From a virus, in IMG/VR virus record IMGVR_UViG_3300036406_001149: a DNA stretch of 64,000 nt. One strand, 5' to 3'. Position numbers and translations under genes: made by a program. Shown here in pieces: positions 20,171 to 29,951 of the stretch. Position 1 is the stretch's first letter. Every line of letters begins with the position of its first letter. The notes under the pieces were generated by a model. That model saw only the letters and a list, made by a program, of their open reading frames with translations, did no database searches and was not told the DNA's origin.

Positions 20171-22045
20171 TCAGACCTGATGAGATAATAAATCTTTTAT
20201 GCACATAATCTTATCTAGCATAGCGATACCTAGAATATCGAATTTTACAATACCTAAACTTTCTAGGTCTTGCATCTCCATACCGGCTATGGTCTGTTCG
20301 TTCCTACTATCATAAACCATAGGACAGAGTTCGGCAAGAGCCTGTGAACTGATAGCGATACCAGCCGCATGTTTAGATTGGTTGGTTTTGGTCCCTTCCA
20401 GCCTAATAGCCTGCTCGAAACGCTTCGCCAGAGGGCCAGACAAGTTTCCTTCATCGTCGATCTTGCACCACTGCTCAAGACCTTCTGAATTATTTTCTAA
20501 TGCCCAACGAATAATCGAAGATTCCCCATACTCGTCTTTCATTTCTTGTAGTTCGTCCGCAATTTTTGCTTCATCTGGTATATTTTTAGTAATCATATTC
20601 ATTTCATCAAAACTAATATTACCATAAACTCTTAATACGTCTTTTAAAGCTCCTCTGCCTTTCATAGTATTAAAAGTAATCATTTGAGACACTTTGCTAG
20701 AACCATACTGATTTTTAATATATTGAATAATTTCTTCTCTCTTGTTGATAGGTACGTCAATATCAATATCTGGCATAGAAATATGATCTTTAGTATTTCG
20801 ACCAGCATTATAAAATCTATCAAACAGTAGTCCATATTGCATAGGATCTATACTAGTGATGCCTATTAAATATGATACTAGACATCCAGCCGCACTTCCT
20901 CTTCCTGGGCCGGGAAGCCAGTCATTTTGTTTTACATGATTAACTATATCCTGTACGATAAGAAAATAACTCGACAGACCAGCCCCCTGTAGAACCTCTA
21001 ATTCGTATTTTATACGATCAACATAATTATTTTTGACATTATCTTCCAGACTATTGAGATTTTTATTTTTCCATCCATGCCTACATAATTCTCTAAGATA
21101 CTCGTCTTCAGATATTTGGTTTGGACATTTAAAATCTGGTAAAGTTGGCTTGTGTACTATATCATAGTTTTCGCATAAACTATTTATATAGTGAGTATTG
21201 TCTAATTCTTCTTCAAAATGTAAAGCAGACATTTCTTGATGATCTAATATATGATAATTATCAGAAAGAAAGAAGGTGCCCATAGGGACATCGTCTTTAT
21301 TTAGAATTTTTGTATTTATAGCTGGTAACGTAGTTTTTAAATTATTGCACAACAGAATCCTTTGGTCAACAGCATCTTCTTTTCTACAGTAGTGAGCATC
21401 GGGTGTACAAATTGCTTTAATATTTTTTTGACGAGCTATTTTTCTAACACAATCTGTGAGATGTTTTTGTATTAATAGATTCTGAGAATCCATTAATTGT
21501 GTTTCTAGGAAAAAATTATCTTTTCCAAAGGCATTCTGTAATAGATCAATATGTTTTATGGCCCCTGTTTCCCAATCATCTTTTATTTTGTCGTCACGAA
21601 CAATACAATCTGCTACAGTCGATCCTAGGTGTCCAGATATGCCTATAAGATTACCGTCTAACAGAGATCCTAATGTTTGAATATCTAATCTAGGTTTATA
21701 GTAATAATAATCAGGATTGTTTGATTCAGAAACTATTTTTATTAGGGTTTTCCATCCTTGATAGTTTTTTGCCAATACTAATAAATGAGCTAAAGATCTG
21801 TTTTCTGGGGTTTTAGTAGATGGAGATTGATCACAAATATATAATTCACAACCAAGAATAGGTTTAATGCCCTTCTTTTTCATTATGCTGTGAAACTTTA
21901 CAGTACCGGATATAGTCCCGTGATCAGTGATTGCACAAGTATCAACACCTATTTCTGCACACCTATCCGCTATTTGATCAGGTTTTGACAAACCATCAAG
22001 TAAGGAATAATGACTGTGTACATGTAGAGGAATATATGTTTTCAT
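20171..22045 (-). CDS. dnaE: DNA polymerase III alpha subunit, N-terminal part (PHP and palm)
   Basis: HVHSHYSLLDG, TDHG, GCE, DAHY (PHP ligands), GPGRGSAAG, catalytic MPDIDID and KFDILG; stops shortly after KFDILG. Confidence 0.93.
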   Translation of the reverse strand: MKTYIPLHVHSHYSLLDGLSKPDQIADRCAEIGVDTCAITDHGTISGTVKFHSIMKKKGIKPILGCELYICDQSPSTKTPENRSLAHLLVLAKNYQGWKTLIKIVSESNNPDYYYYKPRLDIQTLGSLLDGNLIGISGHLGSTVADCIVRDDKIKDDWETGAIKHIDLLQNAFGKDNFFLETQLMDSQNLLIQKHLTDCVRKIARQKNIKAICTPDAHYCRKEDAVDQRILLCNNLKTTLPAINTKILNKDDVPMGTFFLSDNYHILDHQEMSALHFEEELDNTHYINSLCENYDIVHKPTLPDFKCPNQISEDEYLRELCRHGWKNKNLNSLEDNVKNNYVDRIKYELEVLQGAGLSSYFLIVQDIVNHVKQNDWLPGPGRGSAAGCLVSYLIGITSIDPMQYGLLFDRFYNAGRNTKDHISMPDIDIDVPINKREEIIQYIKNQYGSSKVSQMITFNTMKGRGALKDVLRVYGNISFDEMNMITKNIPDEAKIADELQEMKDEYGESSIIRWALENNSEGLEQWCKIDDEGNLSGPLAKRFEQAIRLEGTKTNQSKHAAGIAISSQALAELCPMVYDSRNEQTIAGMEMQDLESLGIVKFDILGIAMLDKIMCIKDLLSHQV

Positions 22046-23082
22046 GTTTGTCCCGGTGGTTTATAAAAGCCAAAATTATGATTAGGATGTTTATACTGCT
22101 GTGTAACAAATTGAATATCATATAATTCAATATCGTGTTTGATTTGTTCACATTTAGTCATATACTTATCTTTAGGAGATATTTGACCATCTCTGTATTC
22201 AACAAGTGGGGGGACTGCGGTATTTTCGAACGTGGTTTTTCCCAAATGACACAGCTTACTACACATCCACGATTTTGTCAATTTTGGCTTCTTTGATTTT
22301 TTTATGATTTCAAATTTTTGTCTCAACATGTCTTCTGTCGCTATTAAGTCCTTTTTATCAAAACAAATAGAGAAAGCCCCACCATCGTTAATAAAATTAA
22401 TAGAAACTATTACATGATCAATTTCTGGATATAAGCGAGTTAAAGCATAATGATAAATTCTTAATTGTGGATCTTTTTCTAAGTCTTCTTGTTCTTTAGT
22501 TTTACCAGTAGCCCAATTTAATCTTTTACCTGTTTTCCAGTCTATAATTTCTAATGTATTATCATTTACCTTAGTTATAAGATCAATAGTACCTTTTAGT
22601 GCCAAATGACCGGATATTTCTTGATCGTCTATAGTAAAACTGTATTTGCTCCATGGTTTTTTTATTTCAAAATCAAAGTGCTGTTCTGCTTCAACTATAT
22701 GTCTTTTTCTAGGATCAAACATCCCATTATTATAATTTAAGGTTTTATATACCCATTCTCGACAATCCTTTTTATCTACTGGCATCCATTTATGATGTTG
22801 GTTTGTGTTTGTATAATAATCATATACCTGTTCAATAATAGTATCTAAATCGTAGTTATTAACATCTAATTCTCCAACAACATCATCTACAATAGTGATC
22901 TGGTTATTTTGTTCTGCTTTTTTAATAAAAGCCAGAATCTCTAAAATTTTATGTACAATTGTTCCCTTGTCTGCTTTTTTACCTGAAAGACCTCTCCATC
23001 CTAATACATATTCTCCAAAATATTGTTGCTCACACATAGAGTGAGCATTAAAAGATGAACTACGAAAATAAGTAATAATCAT
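22042..23082 (-). CDS. PD-(D/E)XK exonuclease, RecB/Cas4-like
   Basis: RSSSFNAHSMCEQQY...LKGTIDLI...IIDWKTG...QLRIY...WMCSKLC; Cys placement resembles the Fe-S staple of Cas4/AddB. Confidence 0.8.
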   Translation of the reverse strand: MIITYFRSSSFNAHSMCEQQYFGEYVLGWRGLSGKKADKGTIVHKILEILAFIKKAEQNNQITIVDDVVGELDVNNYDLDTIIEQVYDYYTNTNQHHKWMPVDKKDCREWVYKTLNYNNGMFDPRKRHIVEAEQHFDFEIKKPWSKYSFTIDDQEISGHLALKGTIDLITKVNDNTLEIIDWKTGKRLNWATGKTKEQEDLEKDPQLRIYHYALTRLYPEIDHVIVSINFINDGGAFSICFDKKDLIATEDMLRQKFEIIKKSKKPKLTKSWMCSKLCHLGKTTFENTAVPPLVEYRDGQISPKDKYMTKCEQIKHDIELYDIQFVTQQYKHPNHNFGFYKPPGQT

Positions 23083-23813
23083 TTTATGTTTTCTATAAAA
23101 ATTGGAAATAATTGTTCTGACTGTTGAAGTATATCTAGATTACTATTATCCAATATATAATTAAAATTATTCCAATCGTATCTATCTTGATTCAAAATAT
23201 TTTCTGATTCATGAGATGAGTCATCTCCATAAATATTTCTTGTTAGCCTGATAACACAGCCATTATGATTTTTGATTGCAGCTACTTCATTAGGAAATCT
23301 ACAGTCGTTAATAAGAGCAATTTGTGGTTGGTCCATTAAAATTTTTCTTATTGTTGATTCTGGCCAAATATCTACTTTGATTTTTCTAAAAAAGTCTGTG
23401 CCGACAATTTGCATAACTTCTCTAGCTGTTAGAGACTGACCGTCTAAGCTCATATCGGTCGTTGTATTTTTTTGTTCATCTGTGCCGTAACACTGTTCGT
23501 ATGTTAATCCTAGTATGTCGATACATATTTGTTTTTTCAGAATATCTGCAAAACTATAGACTTTAATTGATCCAGACAATTTTTGTATAACATCTAAAAT
23601 ATAAGTATCAATATTTGGTCGAAGATGATAATAATCAAATACGTCAACAATATGTTGAGAATTATCTGGTTTAATAACTTCTATTTGTCCGAAGTTATTC
23701 ATAATTACCTTAGTAAAGGCATTCGTATTTGCTAAAAAATTAGCGTATAAAAAATTAGCACAGCTGCTTTTGCCAGATTGTTTTTTACCTGAAAAACCTA
23801 TAATTTTTGTCAT
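23079..23813 (-). CDS. Deoxynucleoside monophosphate kinase (T4 gp1-like)
   Basis: IIGFSGKKQSGKSS P-loop, SFADILK, TAREVMQIVGTD, INDCRFPNE, HESE. Confidence 0.85.
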   Translation of the reverse strand: MTKIIGFSGKKQSGKSSCANFLYANFLANTNAFTKVIMNNFGQIEVIKPDNSQHIVDVFDYYHLRPNIDTYILDVIQKLSGSIKVYSFADILKKQICIDILGLTYEQCYGTDEQKNTTTDMSLDGQSLTAREVMQIVGTDFFRKIKVDIWPESTIRKILMDQPQIALINDCRFPNEVAAIKNHNGCVIRLTRNIYGDDSSHESENILNQDRYDWNNFNYILDNSNLDILQQSEQLFPIFIENIK

Positions 23814-24982
23814 TGTATTTGTTTTCCTATAACTTCCTGAATTTGTTCCACACTCATATCGGCTACGTCGTTTGTATCGATATGTATATTATATATATTA
23901 TATGTTTTATGACATTTACTTTCTATTACTTTTCTGCCGCTATGTCCGGCTTCGTCGTTATCCAATAATAAATATATATTCATAGCACCAGAAATATCCA
24001 ATAACATTTTTTGTTTATCTGTCATCGAAGATCCATAAATAGCAACAGCATTATGAATTCCAGCCATTTCTAATTTCCAAACATTACCAGGACTCTCCAC
24101 TATGATAATAGAGCCTGTTTTTTGAACATATTCTTTAGCATACCATAAATTATATAATGAAGTTTGTGTAGCAAACCCCTTGCTATGTCTCCATTTACTG
24201 AATGTCCTACCTATTTCACACTTTATATCGGCATTGTGGTGTCCTCCGCATGAGTCGCATTTGTCGCATACGCTTCTTCCAGAGCACCCAACCATATGTT
24301 GATGTGTCGTATCATAAATAGGAACCACTGCTCTATTATTCATTTCTTTTCCAACAACAGTACAGTCTCCCACATCATATTTGTCTAAAATTTCACCTGA
24401 AAATCCTCTTTGTAAAAAATATGGACTAGGAATATTTAAGAGATTTCTTACAGATTCTCTAGTTGGATATTGATGTGATGTATTTTTTGATGTTTTGCTA
24501 ACAATAGACATATTAGCCACGAACATATTTTTATCTTTGACAGTAGGATCGACAGAAAGATGAGCAGCATCTATGTTGACAAATTTTTGTATAAATTCTA
24601 ATGCTTCATTAAACGAAGCTATATCATCCCCTTCTTCTTGCCAATCATATTTTTGTTGAGATATAATACCTCTAATAAATCCAATAATAGACCCTTTGAA
24701 TATTTTTTCACATTGATGAGTTCTGCATTTCCAGTTACCTCTATAAGAATCTCCTATATGATATATATTTAGAGCAGACGGGTTGTCTCCCTTATGAATA
24801 GGACAACACATACTATAAAACTTAGAGTTCTCACGATACTCTAAATTAAAATAATGAAATAGGTCCGTAATTTTATCACAGGCAGCATCACAAATTACTT
24901 TGAGTTGCTGCTGATCAATTGAACGGAATTTCTTCTGAGTTTGATTCTTGTATGGTGAATCCATCGTTGCTGCCGTTTCCAT
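23810..24982 (-). CDS. DNA primase (DnaG-type, Zn finger plus TOPRIM)
   Basis: CCPIHKGDNPSA...WKCRTHQC Zn domain, RAVVPI, IIVESPGN and LDNDEAG TOPRIM motifs; true start may be ATG 24964. Confidence 0.85.
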   Translation of the reverse strand: METAATMDSPYKNQTQKKFRSIDQQQLKVICDAACDKITDLFHYFNLEYRENSKFYSMCCPIHKGDNPSALNIYHIGDSYRGNWKCRTHQCEKIFKGSIIGFIRGIISQQKYDWQEEGDDIASFNEALEFIQKFVNIDAAHLSVDPTVKDKNMFVANMSIVSKTSKNTSHQYPTRESVRNLLNIPSPYFLQRGFSGEILDKYDVGDCTVVGKEMNNRAVVPIYDTTHQHMVGCSGRSVCDKCDSCGGHHNADIKCEIGRTFSKWRHSKGFATQTSLYNLWYAKEYVQKTGSIIIVESPGNVWKLEMAGIHNAVAIYGSSMTDKQKMLLDISGAMNIYLLLDNDEAGHSGRKVIESKCHKTYNIYNIHIDTNDVADMSVEQIQEVIGKQIQ

Positions 24983-26381
24983 TGACTAACTCCAATCTTG
25001 TTTTACCTTCTGTAATTTTTGCACACCATCCCTTCATATAACAATTAATGTAATCGTTATCGTCCAATCCTCCTCCGTGCCTACTCACTAGTGGCAATAA
25101 TTTCCTATTACCATTATCGGGACCATCTTCCGCCATCTCTTCTTCAGATTTCCGCTTGAAGATAGTAAAATTACTACATAACCAGATAATACGATCTGAT
25201 CCGCTCGCGGTATCCGTGCTTTCTTTCGTAATACCATCCCTATTTAACTGAACAAAAGCTACAATAGGAATCTGATATTTGGTAGCAAAATTATGCAGAG
25301 ATGTCATCATGAATCCCAAAACCTGATATTCTTTCATATCCTGAGACATGCCCTGAGTATCCATTAGTTTCAGATAATCATAAAATATGACACACGGCTT
25401 GGCAGACCCATCGTCATTCAGTCCGACCTCTTGAACAATCCATCTTCTCATAATACTCATTTGCTCATCGAAAGATTTCCCAGCAATAGACTTGTGATAG
25501 ATTGGAGTACTTTTAAGTTCAGAGATAGCTTTTTCTATTTTTGTATTTAGGTTTGGAGATTCATTAAATTTTCCTGTTTCGATTTTTGATATATCTATTT
25601 CCGTCATCATTGCTAGTAATCTATGAATATGGTCATTTTTTGTCATTTCGGTATCCATGTTTAAAACTGGTATACCTAGTTTAGCAATATTTCTACCCAT
25701 ATTATCTGACAATAATGTTTTTCCTGTCTTAGGTCTTGCAGCGATAACATTAATGGTGCTACGACGCAAACCTCCACCAATAGCAAAGTCATATGCAGGA
25801 AAACCTGTGGATATACCAACCTGATCTATAGGATTGTTTTTCAGATTATCCATATAATCATCAATATTTTGATGAATTAGTTCCGGCCTATTATCTCCAT
25901 CGCTAAGAGATGAAGCAAAACCGAGAATAGGGTCTTCGGCTATACCTAGAATTTTTGATATAGATTCCGACCCATTTACGTCTAATAAGCCCTTCTTTAC
26001 TTCGTCAAGCTTTTTATAAAGCTTACGAGCAATGGACAGTTTAGTAATTTTACTAGTAAAAGAATTAAGATTTGCAGCATTAACTGGAAAATCTAGTATA
26101 GCTTTTAGATGCTGAGTTTCTTCTTTTTTATTTAAGATAAAGTCCAAATCTAGACTCTTAGCAGCAGAGTATATTGATGCTATGTCTAGTTTTTGTACTT
26201 CCTGCTTTTCAAAAACATTCTTAATACATTTATACAGAACTATATTGCTGTCTATATAAAATGTTTCCTCCGACAAGATATCGGCTACTTCATAGTAATA
26301 TTCTCGACCATATTGGCACAGAATCGCTAATACGGCTCTTTCTGCGGATGGATCGCAGAGTATCATTTGTTCTTTTGACAT
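24915..26381 (-). CDS. dnaB: Replicative DNA helicase
   Basis: AERAVL N-terminus, GISTGF, IAARPKTGKT Walker A, IFYDYLKLM, FVQLNR; no intein. Confidence 0.92.
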   Translation of the reverse strand: MSKEQMILCDPSAERAVLAILCQYGREYYYEVADILSEETFYIDSNIVLYKCIKNVFEKQEVQKLDIASIYSAAKSLDLDFILNKKEETQHLKAILDFPVNAANLNSFTSKITKLSIARKLYKKLDEVKKGLLDVNGSESISKILGIAEDPILGFASSLSDGDNRPELIHQNIDDYMDNLKNNPIDQVGISTGFPAYDFAIGGGLRRSTINVIAARPKTGKTLLSDNMGRNIAKLGIPVLNMDTEMTKNDHIHRLLAMMTEIDISKIETGKFNESPNLNTKIEKAISELKSTPIYHKSIAGKSFDEQMSIMRRWIVQEVGLNDDGSAKPCVIFYDYLKLMDTQGMSQDMKEYQVLGFMMTSLHNFATKYQIPIVAFVQLNRDGITKESTDTASGSDRIIWLCSNFTIFKRKSEEEMAEDGPDNGNRKLLPLVSRHGGGLDDNDYINCYMKGWCAKITEGKTRLELVNGNGSNDGFTIQESNSEEIPFN

Positions 26382-26416
26382 TATATTATAATCTGTCCGT
26401 GGCTGTTGTTGTCAAG

Positions 26417-26911
26417 TTAGTTCAAGTTTTTGATTTTGTTTCGTTGAATAGATAATAGTATATCAGATAAGTTTTTAATTGATGTGGCTATATAAAGTAA
26501 TCTATCTGTTCTTTGTTTAGCGTATTTCTTTATAGCATTGAGGGCTTCAGCTTTGTCGTTGTGTTTAATAGCCTGAATTGATTTTTCAACATAGCCATAT
26601 CCTTTATAATTATTTAATTCATCAGCTATTACTTCCTTGATCGTCTCATCTGCCCAATTATATCTTGCTGTTTCTCTATTAATAGTTCTTTGTATATAAA
26701 AAGCATATTGGCCTAACCTATATGCAATTTGTCCACAATCTTCTGGAGATAGACTTTCCAAAGACTTTCTATCCATAGTGAGATAATTATTGAGTTCATC
26801 CTCTGGTAATGAGTCTGGATTAGCAGCATATTTTGGAATATTGAGACCATGCTCATATTCGTCCAAGATACTATCCCAGTTCTGTAATTCTTCTTTAGCT
26901 GTTTTTTTCAT
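26417..26911 (-). CDS. Helical hypothetical protein, possibly a UvsY-like recombination mediator
   Basis: 164 aa, mostly helical; lies between recA and dnaB; UvsY idea is from size and context only. Confidence 0.3.
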   Translation of the reverse strand: MKKTAKEELQNWDSILDEYEHGLNIPKYAANPDSLPEDELNNYLTMDRKSLESLSPEDCGQIAYRLGQYAFYIQRTINRETARYNWADETIKEVIADELNNYKGYGYVEKSIQAIKHNDKAEALNAIKKYAKQRTDRLLYIATSIKNLSDILLSIQRNKIKNLN

Positions 26912-27305
26912 TTATAATGTCTTTCCATTTGTCTGTATCAAAATGTGGAAACTCAATATATTGTATATTATTGAGAAAGCACCACTCCTGTTTTTGTTTA
27001 TCTCTTTTTCTGGATTTTAAGAAGTTCAGTTTATTAGTATGATAAAAAGGAACAAACTTATAATGTTGTTCTCCATGAACCTCTATGCATTTTTTAATTA
27101 ATGGAATATAAAAATCTAGATATAAAGTTTCAGAACGTCTAACGGTAATAGGTACCTCTTCTAGAATTTGCATAGTAGGATAATGTTCTTTTAATATTTG
27201 TCTAGCACGTAAATGTAAACTAGATTTATTAGTTAAAGAACCTTTTGCTATATGTCCATGCAAACTCCAGTTGTGCCAATTTCCATCAAGATCCTGTACT
27301 TCCAT
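26895..27305 (-). CDS. Restriction-endonuclease-like (PD-(D/E)XK/Vsr-like) nuclease
   Basis: ILEEVPI...LYLDFYIP...CIEVHGEQHY...RD..KQEWC..NNI..IE. Confidence 0.7.
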   Translation of the reverse strand: MEVQDLDGNWHNWSLHGHIAKGSLTNKSSLHLRARQILKEHYPTMQILEEVPITVRRSETLYLDFYIPLIKKCIEVHGEQHYKFVPFYHTNKLNFLKSRKRDKQKQEWCFLNNIQYIEFPHFDTDKWKDIINEKNS

Positions 27306-28324
27306 TATTTATTATGTCCAAGAATTTCGTTTATTTGTTTATATAGTTCATTATATGCTTCTTCGTTTTCTATTAAAAACTGGCGAATTTTTTCTGTTCC
27401 CTGAAACTTAGTTGTACTATCCTTAATGAAATCTAAGGTATACCAAGATCCAGCTTTAGATATCAGTCCAACATCAGTACCTATAGTAATAATTTCTGTG
27501 TATCTATCTATTCCATATCCGTATCTAATATAGCTTGTAATAGACCCTCCCGGCGGTCCCAAGGCAGAACAAATAGTTTGCCACTCAACCTCTTGACCTA
27601 TTTGTGTATTTTCTGTTCCTACTAGCCAAGGCTTAAAAGTTTTTGCTCTTAATTTTATGTCCGTTTGATATGCTATTGCTTGACCAGATTTTTCTTTGAA
27701 CTCTGCTCCGTATCCTGTTGGATTACCCATTAAGTGTGTAATGCCTATAACAACATTTTTATTAACAGGTATAACATTAGCTACTTTGCGGCAAAATTTT
27801 GCTAATAGTTTTGCTCCATCTGCTCTTTGCATCTTATCCATATCACTTGTAATTTCTGCTTCCGTACATAAAGCAGAATATGAGTCTATGATTAGTACTG
27901 ATCCAGGTTCTTCATTAATGATTCTTTCTGCTATTTGTAAATATTCTTCAGCATGTAATATCTTTCCCATTTGAGATCCGATAACATGAAACTTATCGAA
28001 ATTTAATCCGGGTATTCCTTCTAGGTCTCGTTTCTTCAATCTACCTTCTATATTTAGGTAGTACACTTCCCTGCCATCTTTGAACGTACCAGAACCGTAT
28101 ATAGGATTCTGTGCTGTTGCAGCAAACGTTAGTGATGTGGTGGTTTTACCACACTTTGGTTGACCTGTCAAGACCACAAAGCTTCCCTCTGGGATACCAC
28201 CATTTAAGACCATATCTATAGCTGGACTCACAGGAATAATAACAGACTTTTTATCCACAACAGAGGCGGCACTAACAATAATATTATCTCCAAAATCTTT
28301 TTTAACGCTCTCTTTAATTTTCAT
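27305..28324 (-). CDS. recA: RecA/UvsX-family recombinase
   Basis: SPAIDMVLNGGIP.G, TGQPKCGKTT Walker A, LIIDS Walker B, GQAIAYQTDIKL; no intein. Confidence 0.88.
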   Translation of the reverse strand: MKIKESVKKDFGDNIIVSAASVVDKKSVIIPVSPAIDMVLNGGIPEGSFVVLTGQPKCGKTTTSLTFAATAQNPIYGSGTFKDGREVYYLNIEGRLKKRDLEGIPGLNFDKFHVIGSQMGKILHAEEYLQIAERIINEEPGSVLIIDSYSALCTEAEITSDMDKMQRADGAKLLAKFCRKVANVIPVNKNVVIGITHLMGNPTGYGAEFKEKSGQAIAYQTDIKLRAKTFKPWLVGTENTQIGQEVEWQTICSALGPPGGSITSYIRYGYGIDRYTEIITIGTDVGLISKAGSWYTLDFIKDSTTKFQGTEKIRQFLIENEEAYNELYKQINEILGHNK

Positions 28325-28742
28325 TATCTAGTTCCTTTAATTTTTCTATGATAGATTTCTTCGTATTTTTATTATTAGCTACGCCACCAATAGACTTATC
28401 TACCCGGATAATTTCTTTTGATATGTCGTTATTTTTTGCATCTATGACGACTTGCTGCTGTATAATGATAGCTTCCAAATGTGGAGCCCTCAATGAGAAA
28501 ATTTTTCTGCCTTTCTCACTCTTAAGAGCAGCTATGATAGCCTTGTCTGTGTGTTTTTTAAGTAGTTTATGAGCAGTAAAAATCTGCGACTTATAAAATT
28601 TGCACCATTCTACATTTAACCAGAACCTATAATGCAGGTCTTTATTTTTTTTCTTCGCTAGGTTTTCACAGATCATTTCTGTAATATACTGTGCTGCTGT
28701 AACGGTTTTTCCGTTAGAGTATTTCGACGGATACATTGTCAT
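28314..28742 (-). CDS. Hypothetical phage protein
   Basis: 142 aa intact ORF overlapping the recA start. Confidence 0.6.
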   Translation of the reverse strand: MTMYPSKYSNGKTVTAAQYITEMICENLAKKKNKDLHYRFWLNVEWCKFYKSQIFTAHKLLKKHTDKAIIAALKSEKGRKIFSLRAPHLEAIIIQQQVVIDAKNNDISKEIIRVDKSIGGVANNKNTKKSIIEKLKELDNEN

Positions 28743-29070
28743 ATTTTAAATACAGCTTCTCTGCTAGTCCTAAATGAATATAGCTTTCTGTGCGTAAAAA
28801 CAATAAATACGCATCAAAGATATCTTTTGTAACTTGTTTCCATGTCCAAAAATCAAAATTTTCTTGTTTATCGTAATGTCCTGAGCTGTTTAGCCAAAAA
28901 CCATTTGGATTAAACAGTTTGGCGTATTTACCACCTTTAATATAAAAAGTTATAGAGTTATTATCTACGATAATTTTAGCATAAGTTTTCGCAGAATCGT
29001 CTGTGATGTAATTATTATTTTTATCACATCCGTTGCTATGACTACGAGAAGTAAACCAAATCTCACTCAT
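28714..29070 (-). CDS. Hypothetical protein, paralog of 30679..31068
   Basis: Shares YAK...KLFNP..F...KQV...F..Y..FL......L..AE pattern with 30679..31068. Confidence 0.6.
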   Translation of the reverse strand: MSEIWFTSRSHSNGCDKNNNYITDDSAKTYAKIIVDNNSITFYIKGGKYAKLFNPNGFWLNSSGHYDKQENFDFWTWKQVTKDIFDAYLLFLRTESYIHLGLAEKLYLKYDNVSVEIL

Positions 29071-29476
29071 CGTTTTTTATAGTATTCTTACAGGTGTCCG
29101 TGAGCAAAGACTCTATATTATTGTATAATGTATCAATAACTGTTTTATAGTTATCTGTTATAAAATCTGCCATATATGTTTTATGGATTCTTTCGACCAT
29201 ATTAGATCCTGTCATATCCGGCTGTTCCTGTAATACATCGCAAACTATTTGTATGTTCACCATATATGGACGAGGCCCCAATACTTCCTCTTGGTTTGTT
29301 GTATCTGTGGCACAAGCTTGTTGGAATTGACAAAATTTTTGAGCCTCCTCAGACAACGCCTGTTCAGCTTGTCTAAGTTTGCCTTCTAGTTTTTGTAAAA
29401 GCTCTAATTCTTCTTCTGATATATATTGAGATACTATATCATGAGGTAGCGGAGGCTTATATTCTTCTGTGTTCAT
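29063..29476 (-). CDS. Hypothetical protein
   Basis: 137 aa intact ORF, coiled-coil-like N half. Confidence 0.55.
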   Translation of the reverse strand: MNTEEYKPPLPHDIVSQYISEEELELLQKLEGKLRQAEQALSEEAQKFCQFQQACATDTTNQEEVLGPRPYMVNIQIVCDVLQEQPDMTGSNMVERIHKTYMADFITDNYKTVIDTLYNNIESLLTDTCKNTIKNDE

Positions 29477-29748
29477 CTTTTAATTTTCTTCCATTTCTGA
29501 ACAGGACACTCTTGATCTGCCCATGCTAGTTTATTCATAAAAACTTTTTTATTAGACAAATTACATCCACACATCAAACACTGAGACTTAGTTTTTTCCA
29601 TATATTCACAAGACATGCAAATATTTAATCTATCTCTTATTTCATCAGAGGTAGCCTTGGGAAATCCTGCATTAATATGCCAGAATAAAGCCTTAAGAAA
29701 AGTTAAGATTTTTCTGGATATTGAGATTGTATAGGTTTTATAGGACAT
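29473..29748 (-). CDS. Small Cys-motif protein (DUF6171-like), paralog of 7207..7758
   Basis: ICMSCEY...CLMCGCNL...FMNKLAWADQECPVQKW. Confidence 0.6.
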   Translation of the reverse strand: MSYKTYTISISRKILTFLKALFWHINAGFPKATSDEIRDRLNICMSCEYMEKTKSQCLMCGCNLSNKKVFMNKLAWADQECPVQKWKKIKR

Positions 29749-29945
29749 ATATTATGGTCTTTGTCAAGAGTATAAACGGTATCCCTTGACACTATAGTAT
29801 CGGAAGGGAACCATTGGGGCAAGCCGTTCTTTATAGAGTAACACAGTCTGCTTCCGTTTTGTTTAAAATCAGAAGTCAATAAAAAATAATGATCCTCGTT
29901 TGAACGGAAAATAGTACCAGATTCTAATTCTTCTATATATTCCAT
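29703..29945 (-). CDS. Hypothetical protein
   Basis: 80 aa intact ORF in operon context. Confidence 0.55.
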   Translation of the reverse strand: MEYIEELESGTIFRSNEDHYFLLTSDFKQNGSRLCYSIKNGLPQWFPSDTIVSRDTVYTLDKDHNICPIKPIQSQYPEKS

Positions 29946-29951
29946 TATATT

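Noticed and set aside
19278-20171. DnaE break explained by stop-codon recoding, frameshift or intein
   Set aside because: Two complete genes occupy the gap, conserved genes elsewhere are uninterrupted under code 11, and no intein motifs are present.
22042-23082. Cas4-like gene as part of a CRISPR system
   Set aside because: No cas1/cas2 or array; it sits in the replication operon as in many phages.
26383-26415. Sigma70 promoter before dnaB (TTGACA ... TATAAT)
   Set aside because: Spacer is 21 nt and the -10 would be 2 nt from the start codon; not supportable as a canonical promoter.
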